Below, piece after piece: positions 9,074 to 17,877 of a stretch of 64,000 bases of DNA (positions are counted from its first letter, which is position 1; the number at the start of each line of letters is the position of its first letter). Position numbers and translations under genes: made by a program. Source of the stretch: Spirochaetia bacterium (GTDB lineage: Bacteria; Spirochaetota; Spirochaetia; SZUA-6; Bin103); assembly GCA_965203055.1 (NCBI GenBank), contig OZ241863.1:3034545-3098544 (forward strand), in the 5' to 3' direction. Below the pieces are notes generated by a model. That model had not been told where the DNA came from. It did no database searches and worked only from the letters and a program-made list of their open reading frames with translations.

Positions 9074-11899
9074 TCATGAACGCGCCGCGGCGGCGAGGAG
9101 GTCGTGGACGTCTTCGGGGGTTCTCGACACGGCGCATGACCAGCGGCCGAAGCCGCCGTGGTCGGTTACGGCGGCGCACCACTCCTTGAGATACGTGCGT
9201 TTGGCGCGGTCGCCGTCGCGGTCCAGGCCCTTCACTTCCATGACCAGCATGTCTCCGGTCGTGAGCCGGATCAGGAAGTCGGGGCGGTACTTGCGGACCA
9301 CGCCGCGGTGCACGTAGAGCACCTCGAAGCCGAGATGATCGTTCTTCACCCAGGCGTCGACCGCCGGGTGGTGGTCGAGGGCATAGGCTTCCGATGCCTC
9401 CCAGGCGCTGTCGTACACGCACAGGTTGACGTGGCTGCGATCCGTGTGTTCGCACGGCTTGCCGGTGTACCAGGTGAGCATGTCGCCGGTCGAGCGGATC
9501 GGGTGATCGCGGTCGAAGATCGGCGCCAGCCGTTCCGCGTTCTGGAAGCGGATCGCCTGCAGGAGATGCTGCACGACCTTGGTCATGTTGAGCATCAGCA
9601 TGAGCCGCCGCTTCACCGCGTCGCAGGCGAACGCCGCCGGTTCGATCACCACCCGGTCCGACTGGAGCAACTGCTCAGTGAGGCGCACCAGTTGCGCGAC
9701 GAGCGCGGCCCGGTTTCCGCGCCAATCCGGCCGCATCTCGTCGTAGACCTGCTGCGCGGTCTCGAACACGATGCTTTGCAGACGGCGCTTCCGCGCCAGA
9801 CGTTGCAGGTCGATCGTCGCGATCCTGGTCAGGTCGGGCTTGCCCTCCACGACCGGCGCCAGCTCCGCGACCCCGGCGGTCTGCGCCGCGGAGAGCGCCA
9901 GCGGTTCCACGTCGTCCCAGTCCACGGTCAGATGCGGTCTGAGCACGCGGTCGACGCGCACCACGTTTGGCCACGAAAGCGCGAACCGCTCCTTCTCCCG
10001 GACCGGTTCGATGGCGGTCTTCGGCAGCGGCGGCGGCGGCACCCCGGCCCGCGACTCGTGCGGCAGGAACGTGAACGGCACGCCGAAGACGTTCACGTAC
10101 TCCGGCTCCAGCAGGCCGGTTTCGTCGCTGACGTCGTAGGCGGTGCGGCGCAGCCCGCGGCCGATCACCTGTTCGCACAGCAACTGGCTGGCGAAGGCGC
10201 GCAGGCCCATGATGTGGGTCACGGTCTTGGCGTCCCACCCCTCGGACAGCATGCCGACCGAGATCACGTTCTGTATCCGTTCGCCGGGACCGCCGGCGCG
10301 GCCCACCGTATCGACCTGCCGGCGCAGCAGTTCGGCCCGCTGCCGGGCGTTCAGCCGGCGCCTTTGGCCCGCTTGACCGCCTGCCTCGTCCTGCGCGCCG
10401 GGACCGCCGGCGTCCGCGCCATCTTCGCCGACGGCCGCCAACGGCTCCGCGGCGGCCTCGGCTTCGGCCAGCGTCTTCGAGTCGATATGCAGCGTGCGCT
10501 CGGGATCGCACAGCTCCGCGATGCGGATGCTGCCGCGCGCGAACGCGTGCCGGACGCGCGCCGCGGTCTCGGTGCGGTTGGCGACGGTGATCATCGCCGG
10601 CGGCGTCGGGAACCCCAGCGCCGCCCACTGCCGGGCGGTCTCGCGCCAGTCGTACCCCAGGAAGTAGTAGCCGTTCAGCACCAGGTCCGGCAGCGGGTCG
10701 GTAGGCGCGGCCCGGCGGTTCAGGTCGTCCCTTACCTCCGGGTCGTTGTAGATGTGGTAGAAGCGGGAGCGGTAGGTCCGCGCGTCGGGCGCCGCATCGT
10801 CGCGCACCACCACGCGCGGCGTCTTGACCAGACCCGCCTCGATGGCGTCGTTCAATCCGAAGTCGCTCACGATCCAGTCGAACAACGCCTCCTCGGAGCT
10901 GCTCCTGCCGGACGGCACGAACGGCGTGGCGGAGAAGTCGTAGCAGCGCAGGATGCCGCGCGCGCGGTGGATGCGGTCGAGGCCGCCGATCCACTTGGTG
11001 GCGGTTTCCAGGTCGGCCTTGGCGATGCCCCTGGTCGCGGACTGTTCGGAGATGCGCCAGGCGTGGTGCGCTTCGTCGTTGATGACCAGCAGGTCGCGGG
11101 CCGCGGCGAGGTCGCCGAGTACCGCGCGGACGTAGGCTTCGTCGCTCACGGCGCCGCGCTTGTCGACGCTGCGCCGCCGCGCGACCTGCGCCTCGGTCTC
11201 CCAGTTGAGCGCGTGCCAGTTGCGGACCACGACCCGGCCCAGGCGCAGCTTGTCGAGCAGCGCGGACGGGACGATGCGGAACTGCCGGTAGTAGTTGTCG
11301 GGGTGCGGCGGATCGAGGACCGCCAGCCGGCTCTTGACGGTGAGGCCGGGCGCGACCACCAGGACGTTGCGGGAGAACCGGCGGTCCTGCGGATAGGCGG
11401 CCTTGTTCAGCACCTGCCAGGCGATGACCATCGCCATGACCACGGTCTTGCCGGTGCCGGTCGCCATCTTGGCGCACAGCCGGGGGAATGCGCCGCCGTC
11501 GCCGGGAACGTCGATGCCCACCCGGTCGGCGGCCGGCGCCTCGCGCAGCCACATCAGGGTCTCCACCGCCTCGAGCTGGCAGAAGAAGAACCGGCGCGAA
11601 TCGAACTCCTCCGGGTCGGTCCAGTGCGCGAGCAGCCGCCGGGTCACGGTGGAGGCGCCGGGGTAGCCGGCGGTCCGCCATGCCTTGACGCGCGGGCGGA
11701 TGGCGTTGACCAGCGGAATCTCGACCGTGACGCCCGGATCGTCGAACGCCCGCGAGTCGGGCGAAGCGATGACGTATCCCGCCGGCCGGCGGCCCGGCGC
11801 CAGGTCGAACAGCCGCGTCGCCCGGTCGTACCGCCAGTGCCGCGCCGGCTCCTCATACGGCGAGTTGACCGTCAGCCGGTCGATGGTGGTTTGCGCCAC
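9074..11899 (-). CDS. res: type III restriction endonuclease Res subunit (SF2 helicase + C-terminal PD-(D/E)xK)
   Basis: 941 aa with ATGTGKT (Walker A) and INDEAHH (DEAH box). C-terminal nuclease-like motif DMLVMEVKG. Directly downstream of mod and the nucleotidyltransferase. Confidence 0.85.
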   Translation of the reverse strand: MAQTTIDRLTVNSPYEEPARHWRYDRATRLFDLAPGRRPAGYVIASPDSRAFDDPGVTVEIPLVNAIRPRVKAWRTAGYPGASTVTRRLLAHWTDPEEFDSRRFFFCQLEAVETLMWLREAPAADRVGIDVPGDGGAFPRLCAKMATGTGKTVVMAMVIAWQVLNKAAYPQDRRFSRNVLVVAPGLTVKSRLAVLDPPHPDNYYRQFRIVPSALLDKLRLGRVVVRNWHALNWETEAQVARRRSVDKRGAVSDEAYVRAVLGDLAAARDLLVINDEAHHAWRISEQSATRGIAKADLETATKWIGGLDRIHRARGILRCYDFSATPFVPSGRSSSEEALFDWIVSDFGLNDAIEAGLVKTPRVVVRDDAAPDARTYRSRFYHIYNDPEVRDDLNRRAAPTDPLPDLVLNGYYFLGYDWRETARQWAALGFPTPPAMITVANRTETAARVRHAFARGSIRIAELCDPERTLHIDSKTLAEAEAAAEPLAAVGEDGADAGGPGAQDEAGGQAGQRRRLNARQRAELLRRQVDTVGRAGGPGERIQNVISVGMLSEGWDAKTVTHIMGLRAFASQLLCEQVIGRGLRRTAYDVSDETGLLEPEYVNVFGVPFTFLPHESRAGVPPPPLPKTAIEPVREKERFALSWPNVVRVDRVLRPHLTVDWDDVEPLALSAAQTAGVAELAPVVEGKPDLTRIATIDLQRLARKRRLQSIVFETAQQVYDEMRPDWRGNRAALVAQLVRLTEQLLQSDRVVIEPAAFACDAVKRRLMLMLNMTKVVQHLLQAIRFQNAERLAPIFDRDHPIRSTGDMLTWYTGKPCEHTDRSHVNLCVYDSAWEASEAYALDHHPAVDAWVKNDHLGFEVLYVHRGVVRKYRPDFLIRLTTGDMLVMEVKGLDRDGDRAKRTYLKEWCAAVTDHGGFGRWSCAVSRTPEDVHDLLAAAARS

Positions 11900-11911
11900 T
11901 ACCCCGGTTCC

Positions 11912-12220
11912 CTACTCATAGATGGTCTCTGCCGACTCCAGTATCGCCCGGCGGCGCAGGTGATTGCGGCTGCGCTCGACGCCGCGGCGGCTGACGAGAT
12001 CGACGTCCCGTCCGAATAGCGAGCGGAGTTCTTCCTCCATTTGGTGCAGGTCGAACAGCGTGTGGCGTGCGCTTTCGTCCAGGCTGACCAGCACGTCGAC
12101 GTCGCTTTCGGGTCCGAAGTCTTCGCGGAGCACCGAGCCGAACAGCGCGAGCTCGACCACGTTCCAGCGCTTGCAGAACTCGGCGAGCGCGGCGCGGTCC
12201 AGCGGTATCGCCTCGATCAT
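11912..12220 (-). CDS. MNT/MntA-type minimal nucleotidyltransferase (Pol-beta fold), nested between mod and res
   Basis: 102 aa with the core NTase motif LFGSVLREDFGPESDVDVLV. It is 8 nt downstream of the mod stop and 10 nt upstream of the res ATG. No HepT/DUF86 partner was found nearby. Confidence 0.8.
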   Translation of the reverse strand: MIEAIPLDRAALAEFCKRWNVVELALFGSVLREDFGPESDVDVLVSLDESARHTLFDLHQMEEELRSLFGRDVDLVSRRGVERSRNHLRRRAILESAETIYE

Positions 12221-12230
12221 GTCGTCTCGG

Positions 12231-14810
12231 TCATGGCCGTGACGAACCGTTGAGCGGGATCACCTTCAGGCTTTCGATGCCGCGGTCGTCGACGATCTTG
12301 ACCGCGGCCCGCTCGTGGGCGCCCGGCGCGAACGGCAGGGAGACGGTGCCGTGGTAGGCGGCGATCAACCGCTCGTCGATCTCGGTGCGGAGGCTGCGGG
12401 CGAGGCGCTTCCAGCCGTCGCGGGGGGAACCGGCCATGGGGAAGAAGACCTGGCGCGGAAACAGGCTGCGGCCGTCGTAGTCCGGGTCCAGCATCCACAA
12501 GGCGATGCGGTCGCCGCCGCCCGATTCGAGGCCGCCGGTGCGGGTGTTGTAGTAGTCGAACCCGTGCACGGCGACGCGCAGCTTGCCGGCGTGCTCGCCC
12601 GCCTCGATCCGCTCGACTTCGACTTCCGGCTGGCCGATCAGCCAGAAGCTCTCGTTGCCGGCGCGCTTGCGCTTGAGGTCGTCGGTCAGCAGGTCGGCGT
12701 TCATCTGCGCCTTGAGCAGGGTGACGCTCGGCCAGTTGGTCTCGTCGATGTCCTTGGCGGCTTCCGGGTCGAACTGGAAGGCGGCGAATACCAGGACGGT
12801 CGGCCGCGGCACCAGCGTCAGCGATTCCTCCAGGGCGCGGGTTACCTGGCGCTGCTCCAGCGGCGCGTGGTCGGGGCCGAACGAGACCACCGCCCGTTGC
12901 GCGTGATAGGCGGTGCCGGTTTCGCGGACGCGGTCCGCCCCGGAGGAGTCCGGGCGCGTGTCGCCCTCGGCGTGCAGCCAGCGGGTGCCGGGCAGCGGCT
13001 CGACCCGCGCGAAGGAGATGCGCTGGCCGGCCTTGCCGCGGATGCCGGTCTTCAGCAGCTCGTCGCGCCAATCGCCCTGCCGCAGCGTCTCGCCGGAGCG
13101 CGCGATCGACTCGTCAGCCGGCTGCTGCGGCGCTTCCAGCTCGTCGAGCGGCTGAACGGTTGGCGCGGGGACCGCCTCGACGGTGAAGGGGCCGGTGACG
13201 CGCGCCTTGCGCCGGTCCGGTTCCGGCTGGTCGTAGAGGATGGTCTCGACGGGCGGCTCGTCGTAGCCCAGGATTCTTGGCGAAACGGTGGCGACGCTGC
13301 GGTAGCGGAGCCCTGAGCCGATCCCTTCGTCGGGATGGGCCAGCTCGTAGTAGTCGAAGTTCGCGGTCATCAGCCGCTGGCGGGCGATGGCGACGGCCAC
13401 GCGCGAGGTGTCGCAGGTGATCCACCGGCGGCCCCACTGCTCCGCGACGTACGCGGTGGTGCCGGAACCGCAGGTCGGGTCGAACACCAGATCGCCGGGA
13501 TCGGTCGTCATGAGGATGCAGCGCTGAATCGCCTTGGCGGCGGTCTGTACGACGTACCGCTTGTCGGTGGGGGACATCGGCGCGGCCCAGATGTTGTTGA
13601 TGCGGCGCCCGGGCACTTCGTCTTCGTACCGCTTCCACATGAGCGAAGATTGCCCTTCCAGCGCTTCCAGCCGTCCCAACTCGGCCAGTCGATCCATACC
13701 GGCCGCGGAAATCGCCCAGTGGCGATCTCGACCACAACGAAAGACTCGTCCGTTCCATTCGTACGGTTCGGAACGCCCGGTCGTGGAGACACCCTGCGAA
13801 TCGAGCGGCATGCGCCGGTAGATACGTGCCCTTTTCGGAAGATTCTCGTCCGGGTCGAAACACTCTTCGGGCGTCGGTTTACGACAATGGCCGTCCGGCA
13901 ACTCGACCATGACGTGCCAACTGAAGGATTCGATCACCTCGGCGCGCGTGAGCAGCTCGTACAACTGGCGGTACTTGGTATGCTTCCGGTCCTTGGCGTA
14001 CCACAACAGATAGTCGGCGACCTCCGACAACGTCGTCGTCGAACTGGCGCCGGTCGTGGCGTACGAAATCGTCGCCATCCGGTTTTCGGCGCCGAAGATC
14101 TCGTCCATGACGAGGCCGGCGCGGTGCACGTTCTCGGGACCGATCTGCACGAAGCAGCTTCCGCTCTCGTGCAGCAACTCGCGCGCCAGCAGCAGGCGGT
14201 CGCGGAGATAGGCGAGATAGGAGTGGATGCCGAGCTCCCAGGTATCGCGGAAGGCGCGGATCTGCTCCGGTTCGGACGTCAGGTCCGCGTCCCGGCCGTC
14301 GGTGACCTCGCGCCGGTTCACGAACGGCTGGAAGTTGGAGCCGTAGCGGATGCCGTAGGGCGGGTCGAGGTAGACCGTCTGCACCCGCCCGCCGAGCCCT
14401 TCCTTCTCCAACAGGCTGTTCATCACCAGCAGGCTGTCGCCGGCGATCAGGCGGTTGCTCCAGTTATGCCGGTGGCGGTAGAATTCGATCGCCTGTCGGA
14501 TCGGCGGGTTCTCCTCGGGCGCGTCGAACAGCGAGCGCTGCCCCTCCGCGCCGTTGCGCCGGCGCACCGCCTCGACCACGGTGCGCGGGTCGATGCGCTC
14601 GTGCACGTGCAGCGAGACCGTCGGCACCGTGAACGAGGTGTGCTCGGCCTTCCCCGCCCAGTCGAGCCGCGGCTCCAGGTGCGGATCGTAGGCGTAGGCC
14701 GCCGCCCCCGCGTCCCGGTCGGTCTCCGGCGTCACCAGCCCCACCGGCGGATTGTTCGCCCGCTCCTCGGTATGGGCGTAGCTCTCGATCTCCCGCTTGC
14801 TCTTCGCCAT
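12231..14810 (-). CDS. mod: type III RM Mod subunit (N6-adenine/N4-cytosine DNA methyltransferase)
   Basis: 859 aa with motif IV DPPYGIRY and FxGxG-like motif I DPTCGSGTT. The N-terminus MAKSKREIE... is homologous to the second Mod at 57289. Confidence 0.85.
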   Translation of the reverse strand: MAKSKREIESYAHTEERANNPPVGLVTPETDRDAGAAAYAYDPHLEPRLDWAGKAEHTSFTVPTVSLHVHERIDPRTVVEAVRRRNGAEGQRSLFDAPEENPPIRQAIEFYRHRHNWSNRLIAGDSLLVMNSLLEKEGLGGRVQTVYLDPPYGIRYGSNFQPFVNRREVTDGRDADLTSEPEQIRAFRDTWELGIHSYLAYLRDRLLLARELLHESGSCFVQIGPENVHRAGLVMDEIFGAENRMATISYATTGASSTTTLSEVADYLLWYAKDRKHTKYRQLYELLTRAEVIESFSWHVMVELPDGHCRKPTPEECFDPDENLPKRARIYRRMPLDSQGVSTTGRSEPYEWNGRVFRCGRDRHWAISAAGMDRLAELGRLEALEGQSSLMWKRYEDEVPGRRINNIWAAPMSPTDKRYVVQTAAKAIQRCILMTTDPGDLVFDPTCGSGTTAYVAEQWGRRWITCDTSRVAVAIARQRLMTANFDYYELAHPDEGIGSGLRYRSVATVSPRILGYDEPPVETILYDQPEPDRRKARVTGPFTVEAVPAPTVQPLDELEAPQQPADESIARSGETLRQGDWRDELLKTGIRGKAGQRISFARVEPLPGTRWLHAEGDTRPDSSGADRVRETGTAYHAQRAVVSFGPDHAPLEQRQVTRALEESLTLVPRPTVLVFAAFQFDPEAAKDIDETNWPSVTLLKAQMNADLLTDDLKRKRAGNESFWLIGQPEVEVERIEAGEHAGKLRVAVHGFDYYNTRTGGLESGGGDRIALWMLDPDYDGRSLFPRQVFFPMAGSPRDGWKRLARSLRTEIDERLIAAYHGTVSLPFAPGAHERAAVKIVDDRGIESLKVIPLNGSSRP

Positions 14811-14844
14811 CCCCGTCCCGCATCCAGTCTACGCCAACCCACGA

Positions 14845-15605
14845 ACCATCGGGTAGAGTCGCGCCGGCGTCCCGCTCAGCCATGCCGGCCGCTGGAGAAC
14901 TGCGGGGGTGACCAAGCTCCTCGGCGTGTCGTCAGGTCCCGTCGCCGCCTGCCGCGGCCGCGCCGTTGGGTTGGCTCTTGAGCTTCTGATACTCCTGCTC
15001 GCCAATTCCGGTCGCCCGCTCGATCAACGACCAGTCGACGCCGGTCCGCAGGAAACCGTCGATCGTCTCCAACCGCCCCTCGCGCTGGCCGTCGCGGTGC
15101 CGCTGTTCGGCAACCGCTCGCATCTCGTTACGCATCTGGTCGCGCATCTGGTCGCGCCCTTCCTGGCGCAGCCGCTCGCCGCTCGTCATCAACTCCCCTC
15201 CTGCCGCTGTGCGGCTCAGTATATCGCCCATCGCCTCGGGCGTGTCTTCAGGCCCCGTCTCCGCGATATAGTGCATGAACATCTTCATGTCGTCCTGACC
15301 GCCGCTTCCTTCCCGCTCCAAGTCGTCCAGCAGCGGCCGCATCCGCGCCCGTGCCTCCCGCACCGCGCGGCTGAAGGCGTGCATCATCGTCAGTTGCAGC
15401 AACCGCGCCCGGACGCTGCCGGCCGCCTGCGCCGGCGACATTTGAGTCTGGTCGAACAGCACGTGCTCGAACCGGGGCAGCCATGGCCAGTCCCGCGTTG
15501 CGGCCGGAAACAGGTCAGCGAACTGCGGGGAGTGCTGCCAGCCGGTGGGACCCTGGTAGAAGACCAGCGGCAGGATCGGGCGCAGGTAGCCGGAATAACG
15601 GGCCG
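14845..15605 (-). repeat. repeat copy A: remnant of an Rpn-family (YhgA-like, transposase_31/PDDEXK_7) element
   Basis: About 95% nucleotide identity to 23115-24190. It encodes only the C-terminal roughly 220 aa of an Rpn protein (YLRPILPLVFYQGPTGWQ...GRLETIDGFLRTGVDWSLIERATGIGEQEYQKL). The nuclease core is absent. Confidence 0.7.
14932..15600 (-). pseudogene. truncated Rpn-family recombination-promoting nuclease/putative transposase (C-terminal fragment)
   Basis: Translation matches the Rpn C-terminal region only. Upstream, in-frame sequence is non-homologous read-through that the ORF track merges into a 624 aa artefact. Confidence 0.65.
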
Positions 15606-15743
15606 GCTGTCTGTGGCGCTTCAACGCGCGGCGGTCACGGCCGCCGAATCGATCACGACGGGGCAGCCGCCGCCGCAAGCGGGCGCCGTGGCCGGTGGAC
15701 AATCGACGCGCGTCATGCGCCGGCCAGGCCAGGCAGTCCGCTC

Positions 15744-16859
15744 TCAGGAGGAGTAGGGATCGGCGGCGTCGCGCAGGCCGTCGCCGAGGAAGTTGTAGAG
15801 CAGCACCGTAATCACCACGAAGATGCAGGGGATGAGCAGCCACGGCTGACTCGCCACCGCCTGGAAGTTCTGCGCGTCCTGCAGCAACGTGCCCCAACTC
15901 ACCGCCGGCGGCTGGATGCCGAGCCCCAGAAAGCTCAGCGCGGTTTCGCCCAGGATCATCGCCGGAATCGCCAGCGTCAGCGACACGATGATGTAGCTCA
16001 GGAACGACGGCAGCAGGTGCCCGAAGATGATGGCGCGTTCGGGCGCCGCCGACACCACCGCGGCCATCACGAAGTCCTCCTCCCGCAGGGACAGGAAGCG
16101 GCCGCGCACCACGCGCGCGAGCTGGGTCCAGCCGACCAGCGACAGGATCAGCGTGATGGCGAAGTAGGTGGTGAGCACGCTCCACTGCCGGGGTACCGCC
16201 GCGGCCAGCCCCATCCACAGCGGAATGGTGGGAATGGAGGACAGCAGGTCGACCAGCCGCATCACCACCCGGTCCGCGATGCCGCCAAAGTAGCCGGCCA
16301 GCCCGCCTAGCAGCACTCCCAGAACGGTGCTTACCGCCACCCCCACCAGGCCGATCGACAGGGAGATGCGGGCGGCGTGGAGCACCCGCGAAAACAGATC
16401 GCGCCCCAGCCGGTCGGTACCGAACAGAAACAGGGGCGCCCCGTCTGCGGCTTCCGCGTCCGGCACGAACAGATGCGCGCGCGTCTTGAACAGGCCCCAG
16501 AAGCGGTACTCCTCGCCGGCGCCGAAGAACCGGATCGGGTAGCGCCGCTCGCGGTCGAGCTCGTAGATCTTGCGCATCGTGTAGGGGTGGCGCTCCTGCC
16601 GCAGGCCGTACACGTACGCCCCGCCGGCGCCGCCGGCCAGTCGGATGAGATTCGGCGGCGCGTTCAGGTAGTCGGGAAAGCGCGTGGTCACCCCGTACGG
16701 GGCGACGAAGTCCGCAAACAACGCCGCCGCGTACATGAGCGCCAGGGCGGGGCCCGCCACCAGCGCCAGCCGGTGGCGGCGAAACTTCCACCACATCATG
16801 CGCCACTGCGACGCGACGTAGTAGCGGTCGTCGGCGCCCGCCCGCGCGCGCGTGCTCAC
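15744..16859 (-). CDS. peptide/nickel ABC transporter permease (OppC/DppC-like)
   Basis: 371 aa with multiple TM segments and the EAA-loop region typical of OppC. Its ATGA overlaps the upstream permease. Confidence 0.85.
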   Translation of the reverse strand: MSTRARAGADDRYYVASQWRMMWWKFRRHRLALVAGPALALMYAAALFADFVAPYGVTTRFPDYLNAPPNLIRLAGGAGGAYVYGLRQERHPYTMRKIYELDRERRYPIRFFGAGEEYRFWGLFKTRAHLFVPDAEAADGAPLFLFGTDRLGRDLFSRVLHAARISLSIGLVGVAVSTVLGVLLGGLAGYFGGIADRVVMRLVDLLSSIPTIPLWMGLAAAVPRQWSVLTTYFAITLILSLVGWTQLARVVRGRFLSLREEDFVMAAVVSAAPERAIIFGHLLPSFLSYIIVSLTLAIPAMILGETALSFLGLGIQPPAVSWGTLLQDAQNFQAVASQPWLLIPCIFVVITVLLYNFLGDGLRDAADPYSS

Positions 16860-17854
16860 GACTCGAGGCGATCGAACCGGATGCGGGGATCGACCCAGGC
16901 CAGCACGATGTCCGAGATGAGGTTGCCGACCAGCACCAGGACGCTGAGGATCAGCACGAAGCTGCCCGCCAGGTACATGTCCTGCGCCTGCAGCGCGCCC
17001 AGCAGCACCGGCCCGGTCGTCGGCAGATTGAGCACGATCGAGGTGATGGTCGCGCCGGAGATGATCGCCGGCAGCAGCCAGCCGATGCCGCTGATGATCG
17101 GGTTGACGGCAAGCCGCACCGGATACTTGAACAGCAGCCGGCCTTCACCGACCCCCTTGGCGCGCGCGGTCACCACGTACTGCTTGCGCAGCTCGTCCAG
17201 CAAGGTGCCGCGCATGACGCGGATCAACCCCGCCATCCCCGCGGTCCCGACCACCAGGACCGGCGCCCAGAGCCGTTGCAACATGCTCCACACCCGCGCC
17301 AGACTCCACGGCGCGTCGACGTACTCGGGCGCGAACAACCCGGTAATGGCGACGCCGAAGTAGCGGAACGCAATCCACAGGAGCACCAGCGCGAGCAGGA
17401 AGTTCGGGATCGCCAGCCCCACGAATCCCCAGAAGGTCCAGAAGTAGTCGAAGAAGGAATACTGCCGCACCGCCGAATAGACGCCGATCGGCACCGCCGT
17501 CAGGTAGGTGAAGATCAGGGTCGAGATGGTCACCACCAGCGTCAGTCCGATGCGCTCGCCGATCACGGCGGACACCGGCCGGTCATGGGCGAAGGACCAG
17601 CCGAGGTTGCCGCGCAGCACGATGTTGCGCAGCCACAGCAGGTACCGGGTATGGACCGGCTTGTCCAGGCCGTAGTAGGCGGCGAGATTGGCCACCTGTT
17701 CGTCGGTGACCCGGTTCCCCTGGATCTCCAACTGCAGCATGTACGAGCTGAGATAATCTCCCGGCGGGAGCTCGATGATCGCAAAGCTCACCGCCGAGAT
17801 CAGGAACAGGAGCGGCACGAAGGCCGCCACCCGGCGCGCGACGTATTCAAGCAT
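16856..17854 (-). CDS. peptide/nickel ABC transporter permease (OppB/DppB-like)
   Basis: 333 aa starting MLEYVARRVAAFVPLLFLISAVSFAIIELPPGDYL, a typical OppB N-terminus. The 1240 aa ORF in the track is a read-through artefact. Confidence 0.85.
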   Translation of the reverse strand: MLEYVARRVAAFVPLLFLISAVSFAIIELPPGDYLSSYMLQLEIQGNRVTDEQVANLAAYYGLDKPVHTRYLLWLRNIVLRGNLGWSFAHDRPVSAVIGERIGLTLVVTISTLIFTYLTAVPIGVYSAVRQYSFFDYFWTFWGFVGLAIPNFLLALVLLWIAFRYFGVAITGLFAPEYVDAPWSLARVWSMLQRLWAPVLVVGTAGMAGLIRVMRGTLLDELRKQYVVTARAKGVGEGRLLFKYPVRLAVNPIISGIGWLLPAIISGATITSIVLNLPTTGPVLLGALQAQDMYLAGSFVLILSVLVLVGNLISDIVLAWVDPRIRFDRLES

Positions 17855-17877
17855 GTCCCCGCCGGGGCGCGGCGCGG

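Noticed and set aside
9158-12019. 953 aa plus-strand ORF and 9675-11681 minus-strand alternative frame
   Set aside because: Both overlap the res #1 gene in other frames with R/G/A/P-rich low-complexity translations. Only the 9074-11899 frame carries helicase and nuclease motifs.
14932-16806. 624 aa minus-strand ORF
   Set aside because: Only the last roughly 220 aa (Rpn C-terminal fragment) have homology. The rest is antisense to, or out of frame with, the OppC-like permease (15744-16859).
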